Source of the DNA: Fibrobacterales bacterium
Lineage (GTDB): Bacteria; Fibrobacterota; Fibrobacteria; Fibrobacterales; JAOPTW01
Assembly (NCBI GenBank): GCA_051532055.1
Contig: JAOPTX010000017.1
Span: 4,628-68,627, forward strand
Length of the DNA: 64,000 nt
Direction of reading: 5' to 3'
Numbering within the stretch: position 1 is the first letter of the stretch; each line of letters starts with the position of its first letter. A program made the translations under genes and the position numbers. The notes under the pieces were generated by a model, which worked only from the letters and a program-made list of their open reading frames with translations, was not told the DNA's origin and ran no database searches. This document shows positions 59,808-64,000 of the stretch, one piece after another.

Positions 59808-60113
59808 TTAAAGACCAGGAATCTTCATTCCGCCCGTTAAGCTTCCCATGGCATTTTGACTTGCCGCTTCTTTTTCAGAAATTACTTTGTTGAGTGCAGC
59901 AAGAATGAGATCTTCAAGTGCTTCAACATCATCAGGGTCTACAGCTTCTGGATCAATAACTATTGACTCAAGGAGCCCTTTTCCACTGAGTTTTACTTTA
60001 ACCATGCCACCACCAGATTCGGCCTCATAGCTTTGAGTCTCAAGTTCTGATTGGGCTTGGGTGAGTTTACTCTGCATCTTTTGCATTTCTTTCATCATTT
60101 TTTGCATGTTCAT
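59808..60113 (-). CDS. ybaB: YbaB/EbfC nucleoid-associated protein
   Basis: QKMQ, SGGGMVKV, LEDLILAA, terminal PGL; downstream of dnaX. Confidence 0.95.
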   Translation of the reverse strand: MNMQKMMKEMQKMQSKLTQAQSELETQSYEAESGGGMVKVKLSGKGLLESIVIDPEAVDPDDVEALEDLILAALNKVISEKEAASQNAMGSLTGGMKIPGL

Positions 60114-60655
60114 GATGTAGTCCTTTTTGTTGTTATATGTTCGGCGTGAAAAAGTTCAACTAATAACTTTAAGGCGGGCTCTTGCTCTATGTCTTGTGCA
60201 AAGAGCTCACGAGGGCTCGTCATAGAGGCAAAACCCAGCTCTTCAAGGCTTTTTGCTTCTCCTCGTTCATCGAGGAGGGTGAACCGCAAATCTACCTTTT
60301 TGTTGATAACTGTTTCAAGGTATTCCAGTACTTTCTGCTGTTTTTCACCACCTGTTTTCTTATCTGTAAAAAAATCGTGGGCCTGTTTATTGTCTTGATA
60401 GAATTGAATATCGACCAAGAAGGGGTCTTCATGGAATTCACCCCGCTTTATGTGGGTACTCATGAGATAGGCGCTAATCATCGATTCAAAATTCACAAAA
60501 TCTTCGAGAATCTTTTGCCAGCTTGGTTCTACTTCAAAAACTGTATAGGTAGGAGTGTCTGCATACTTTGATAATTTATTTGTAGTGGCGGTTGAACCTA
60601 TAGGGCCTGACGCAGTTGCTGCTGAATTTGGGCTAGGTGTTAAAGTTTTTTTTTT
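60110..60655 (-). CDS. dnaX: C-terminal part of DNA polymerase III tau, in the -1 frame relative to the upstream dnaX ORF
   Basis: Open without stops from the A10 run to the stop at 60110. Pro/Ser/Thr linker, then W..I...S and EPALKLLVELFHAE, typical of tau C-termini. Confidence 0.8.
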   Translation of the reverse strand, partial: KKKTLTPSPNSAATASGPIGSTATTNKLSKYADTPTYTVFEVEPSWQKILEDFVNFESMISAYLMSTHIKRGEFHEDPFLVDIQFYQDNKQAHDFFTDKKTGGEKQQKVLEYLETVINKKVDLRFTLLDERGEAKSLEELGFASMTSPRELFAQDIEQEPALKLLVELFHAEHITTKRTTS

Positions 60656-61800
60656 ACTTCACCAGGCGCAGCAGTTGATATTTTTGATATAATTTGACGA
60701 ATGTTAGCAACACGGTCGATGTAGGCCAAGCGTGCAATGCCCATCTCAATAGTAATTCGAGGGTGGGGGGATTGTTTCACTTCTGACTGTATATCATAAA
60801 TAATTTTTGAGTATCTAAGAAGGTCACCATGCTCAAGTTCACTTGCAATCTCTTTAAGCTGCGTATGGGTCTCTTCGCTCACGCCGATTTGATCAAAGGA
60901 GAGAGTCGAAATTTTAGTGTAGACCAAATTGCGAATAAAAAGAAGGAACCCATTGAGGAATTCTTCTACCTCGATACCCTCTTCATAGAAATTGCTAATA
61001 ACAGTATAGCACCCGAGTTGGTCATGGTTAATGACTGCGCGCATAAGCTCAAAGTATTGAGAGTCTGAAGTGACACCTAAAATCCGTTGAGTTGTTTCTG
61101 CGGTCATGTCACTGCCAGAAAGGGAGTAGACCTGATCAAAGAGGGTAATTGCATCGCGCATACTGCCATCGCCTTTGCGAGCAATAAGAGTAAGTGCTTC
61201 TTCACTATAAGTGATGCTTTCTTGTTCAGAAATAAATTTTAAACGATCAATTATCTCATTTTCACTGATGCGCTTAAAATCGAAACGCTGAATTCTCGAG
61301 AGAATTGTTTGAGGTACTTTATTGACTTCTGTTGTTGCAAATATGAAAATCACATGCTCAGGCGGCTCTTCTAGGGTCTTAAGGAGTGCATTAAAAGCAT
61401 TCTTTGTGAGCATGTGTACCTCATCCACAATAAATATTTTGTATTTACCATGCATGGGGGCATATTTAACTTGTTCTATAAGGTCACGTACGTCATCGAC
61501 ACTGTTGTTACTCGCGCCATCTAGCTCAACCACATCAATAGATGCACTCTTTGTAATGCTGGTACAAGATTCACAGCTATCACAGGGAGTGAGGTCAACG
61601 AGGTTTTTACAGTTAAGTGTTTTGGCAAGAATACGAGCTGACGATGTTTTACCAACACCGCGGGTCCCTGTGAAAAGGTATGCATGACTAACAGTGTCAT
61701 TCTGTATCGCATTCTCAATTGTGAGTGCAATATGACCTTGACCAGTCAACTCTTTAAAATTATTTGGGCGCCATTTTCGGGCCATCGCTACATATGCCAT
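60640..61800 (-). CDS. dnaX: DNA polymerase III gamma/tau, N-terminal ORF (gamma-sized)
   Basis: ARKWRP, GTRGVGKT, Zn Cys motif, DEVHML, LKTLEEPP, TILSR, GSMRDA. Confidence 0.97.
   Translation of the reverse strand: MAYVAMARKWRPNNFKELTGQGHIALTIENAIQNDTVSHAYLFTGTRGVGKTSSARILAKTLNCKNLVDLTPCDSCESCTSITKSASIDVVELDGASNNSVDDVRDLIEQVKYAPMHGKYKIFIVDEVHMLTKNAFNALLKTLEEPPEHVIFIFATTEVNKVPQTILSRIQRFDFKRISENEIIDRLKFISEQESITYSEEALTLIARKGDGSMRDAITLFDQVYSLSGSDMTAETTQRILGVTSDSQYFELMRAVINHDQLGCYTVISNFYEEGIEVEEFLNGFLLFIRNLVYTKISTLSFDQIGVSEETHTQLKEIASELEHGDLLRYSKIIYDIQSEVKQSPHPRITIEMGIARLAYIDRVANIRQIISKISTAAPGEVKKKL
60646..60655 (-). other. A10 slippage/frameshift site in dnaX
   Basis: Minus strand GTA AAA AAA AAA CTT TAA; the -1 frame continues into the tau C-terminus. 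Confidence 0.75.
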
Positions 61801-62042
61801 CGCCAAAAGATAGGTTTTTTACAGAATCAAACAAGCATACCTATAAAAAATGTGAGCTCTCATTCATAAAATATTGAGTTGACACTACTTAGGAGTTTTT
61901 ACTCAGAATGACAGAGTGGTTGCTTTAGTTTTTGCTTGAAGGTTGGTTCAAATTAAATGTATAGATTAAAATAAAAAGTGCAAAATTTGCTTCTCATTGT
62001 TTTTAAAAAGCTATTATTCTGATCAGCTCTTTGGGAGAACCA

Positions 62043-62504
62043 ATGAAAAGTTTTGCACAATCGTCGTTAGTTGAAGTACCATTCGAAAAAGTATTCGACT
62101 ACCTACATGTACCTGCACATAATGTAGGGCTTGATGCTCAGCGACCCACGCTCCATGCCTATATTCCTCATAATATACAAGAGGGTGGAGAAGTAAAATA
62201 TAATCTTTTTTATGGTCTCATCAATATCTCTTGGGTAAGTACTATCACCGCGGTGGTAGAAAATACTCTCATTAAAACATCTGCAACCAAAGGCCCGTTT
62301 ACTAGTTGGGAGGCGACTCACTCATTTGAATCATTTTATGATAAGGTTCTTATTAGAGATGAGTTTCATTACAGTACGGAAAACGAAAACCTTGGTAAAA
62401 TTCTCGACTCACTGGTAGTAAATCATGCTTTTGACGACCGCATGCGTCTTGTTGAAGAAGCTGAAACAACTAAGATCCGTATTGTGAATAAGGATGTTGG
62501 GTAG
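62043..62504 (+). CDS. SRPBCC family protein
   Basis: PFEKVFDY, W.S.IT, KGPF..W...H.F; GGGAG RBS. Confidence 0.72.
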   Translation: MKSFAQSSLVEVPFEKVFDYLHVPAHNVGLDAQRPTLHAYIPHNIQEGGEVKYNLFYGLINISWVSTITAVVENTLIKTSATKGPFTSWEATHSFESFYDKVLIRDEFHYSTENENLGKILDSLVVNHAFDDRMRLVEEAETTKIRIVNKDVG

Positions 62505-62536
62505 ATAATTGCTTTCGCAATAGTTTACCTACAACG

Positions 62537-63457
62537 CTACACAATACTCTTCTCATCATGTTTAACCTTTCGGGCAAGCATAAGCTCTTCTAGTCGCTCT
62601 TTTCTGAGGAATCTCAGTTTTACTTGATAACTGATCTCATTCCCCATGAGGATAATAACCCAGAGGCCAAATATCAGAATCATAAAGAGGGGGAAGCTCG
62701 CAAGAGATCCATAGAGGAGTGAGTACCGCGCCATCATAAGGCCTTGTACTTTGATCACCCCTGCAAGAAAGAAAAAGAGGAGTATGGTGGTAAGAGTTGA
62801 GGCGAAGAGACTCGCAGGAAATGGGACCTTAGTATTGGGTATATGAAAGTAGATCACATTGAGAGTAATCCAGGTTAGTACCGCAAAGAAAATATTGTAG
62901 GTTCCAAGATAGAGGAGCGATTCTAGGTCTGAGAAGGCTCCTGATGTCTCTATGAGGTTGTGTATTTCAGCCTTTACATTAAACATAAAGGCTGACATGA
63001 TAAGAAGTGCTATGAGAAAGAAGAAGAGAATAGGGGTATAAGCGATTATTTTTTTAAAAGGGTTTCTGTTTTTTTGTATCCGCCATGCCATATTCATGCT
63101 TTCTTCAAGGGTACTCATGGCAAACCAGAAGGTAAAGAGAAGAATGGTGAAGCCCATAAATCCGAGAGATTGAAACTCAATTCCTTCAGCATGTTTAATA
63201 AGCTGTAATACGCCTTCGAGTGGCAACCCTAAGTTCAGGGCCCGGTTTATTTCGGGAAGAATTTTGGGGAGGAGATTGAATACACCAAAAAGGTTAGCAA
63301 TTGCAGAAACTATTATTACAACAGGAATAAATGCAATAGCACTATCAAAAGCGAGAGCAGTGGCTCGGATGATACCTTTGTGGAATACAAAGTTCTTGAG
63401 GGAGTCAAGAAACACTTCACAGAGAAGAAGGATGTTCGCTTTAGTTGTCGATTTCAT
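62537..63457 (-). CDS. YihY / virulence factor BrkB family membrane protein
   Basis: ATALAF, NMAW, YFHIPN, YSLLYGSLASFP, ILMGNE. Confidence 0.92.
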   Translation of the reverse strand: MKSTTKANILLLCEVFLDSLKNFVFHKGIIRATALAFDSAIAFIPVVIIVSAIANLFGVFNLLPKILPEINRALNLGLPLEGVLQLIKHAEGIEFQSLGFMGFTILLFTFWFAMSTLEESMNMAWRIQKNRNPFKKIIAYTPILFFFLIALLIMSAFMFNVKAEIHNLIETSGAFSDLESLLYLGTYNIFFAVLTWITLNVIYFHIPNTKVPFPASLFASTLTTILLFFFLAGVIKVQGLMMARYSLLYGSLASFPLFMILIFGLWVIILMGNEISYQVKLRFLRKERLEELMLARKVKHDEKSIV

Positions 63458-63530
63458 GGTTTAAGGAAATATAGACTAATATTATGAATTATGGGTACAG
63501 AGAGAAGTGAAGAGAATTTTGAGAGGAATA

Positions 63531-63564
63531 AAAAGCACCTGTTCTAGTTGGAACAGGTGCTTTT
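63531..63564. terminator. Intrinsic terminator downstream of the antiporter gene
   Basis: AAAAGCACCTGTTC-TAGTTG-GAACAGGTGCTTTT. Confidence 0.85.
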
Positions 63565-63593
63565 GAATTACAATTTTAATTTTAAATAAAGTC

Positions 63594-64000
63594 TCAGAAA
63601 AAGACAAATGTGGTGAGAATAAAGAGCGGTATCAATATTAGAATTGACCAGATCATATAACCAAAGAATGATGGCATTTTTATTTTGTTTTCTTCTGCAA
63701 TAGATTTTACCATAAAGTTTGGAGCGTTACCGATATAGGTGTTTGCACCCATAAATACGGCTCCCATACTAATAGCAAGGAGTGTCTGTGCACCTGTGGT
63801 CATAAGCTCGGCAGCGTCACCGCCAGCGGTATTAAAAAAGACGACATAGGTTGGTGCATTATCGAGGAAACTCGAAAGCACACCGGTGCACCAGAAGTAC
63901 ATGGAATTAACTGCTTCGCCACCTTCGCCCGTAACCAGGCCAACAATTGCTGCAAGAGGGCCATCAACGCCTTCTTTGAGCATTGCAATAGCGGGCACCA
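63594..64000 (-). CDS. Putative sodium:proton antiporter / ion-transporter superfamily (3' part only)
   Basis: [38 protein letters not shown]; runs off the window end. Confidence 0.85.
   Translation of the reverse strand, partial: VPAIAMLKEGVDGPLAAIVGLVTGEGGEAVNSMYFWCTGVLSSFLDNAPTYVVFFNTAGGDAAELMTTGAQTLLAISMGAVFMGANTYIGNAPNFMVKSIAEENKIKMPSFFGYMIWSILILIPLFILTTFVFF

Noticed and set aside
60110-61800. dnaX pseudogene, or 60110-60496 as an independent gene
   Set aside because: dnaX is essential, both parts are intact, and the downstream frame is open back to the A run with no RBS before its GTG.
61807-62030. SRP RNA or tRNA upstream of dnaX
   Set aside because: AT-rich, with no SRP helix-8 motif or cloverleaf; consistent with divergent promoters.
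1-64000. Alternative genetic code, prophage or IS element
   Set aside because: TAA, TAG and TGA all end conserved genes at expected positions; no transposase, integrase or phage structural genes were recognised.

Overview
Chromosomal, mostly housekeeping 64 kb window of an AT-rich diderm bacterium. By inference from RpoB/RpoC/S12 sequence style, Ser-rich lipoprotein linkers and promoter motifs it belongs to the FCB group, most likely Fibrobacterota. It opens with the 3' part of rpoB, then rpoC-rpsL-rpsG, and a terminator follows with no fusA/tuf. It continues through hisE-hisG, aroD, a PTS IIA, lpxH, hom, nth, aroA, trmH, a phosphomannomutase, glpD, trmO-bioA-lipA, dxs and ybaB-dnaX, interspersed with envelope and secreted proteins. 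No rRNA, tRNA, CRISPR array, transposase or integrase was recognised. Main points of interest: (1) dnaX is split at an A10 run, so the short gamma form is in frame 0 and full-length tau needs a -1 shift or one added A. (2) Two ~105 bp ERIC-like palindromic elements have unrelated stem sequences but the same architecture and conserved core motifs. (3) A three-gene LPP20-like / TPR-SLH lipoprotein / FlgT-like envelope operon has no flagellar context. (4) A secreted Cys-rich protein strings together Kunitz-like, pacifastin-like and Kazal-like modules. (5) Unusual architectures include DacB+DUF1460, degenerate GGDEF+priming glycosyltransferase, and acyltransferase-ACP-acyl ligase. (6) Also present are a UvrD-family helicase lacking the 2B subdomain, tandem S41 lipoprotein proteases, an AlbA_2/Schlafen protein, and recurrent leaderless-type promoters. 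All calls are from motif recognition by eye; no searches were run.
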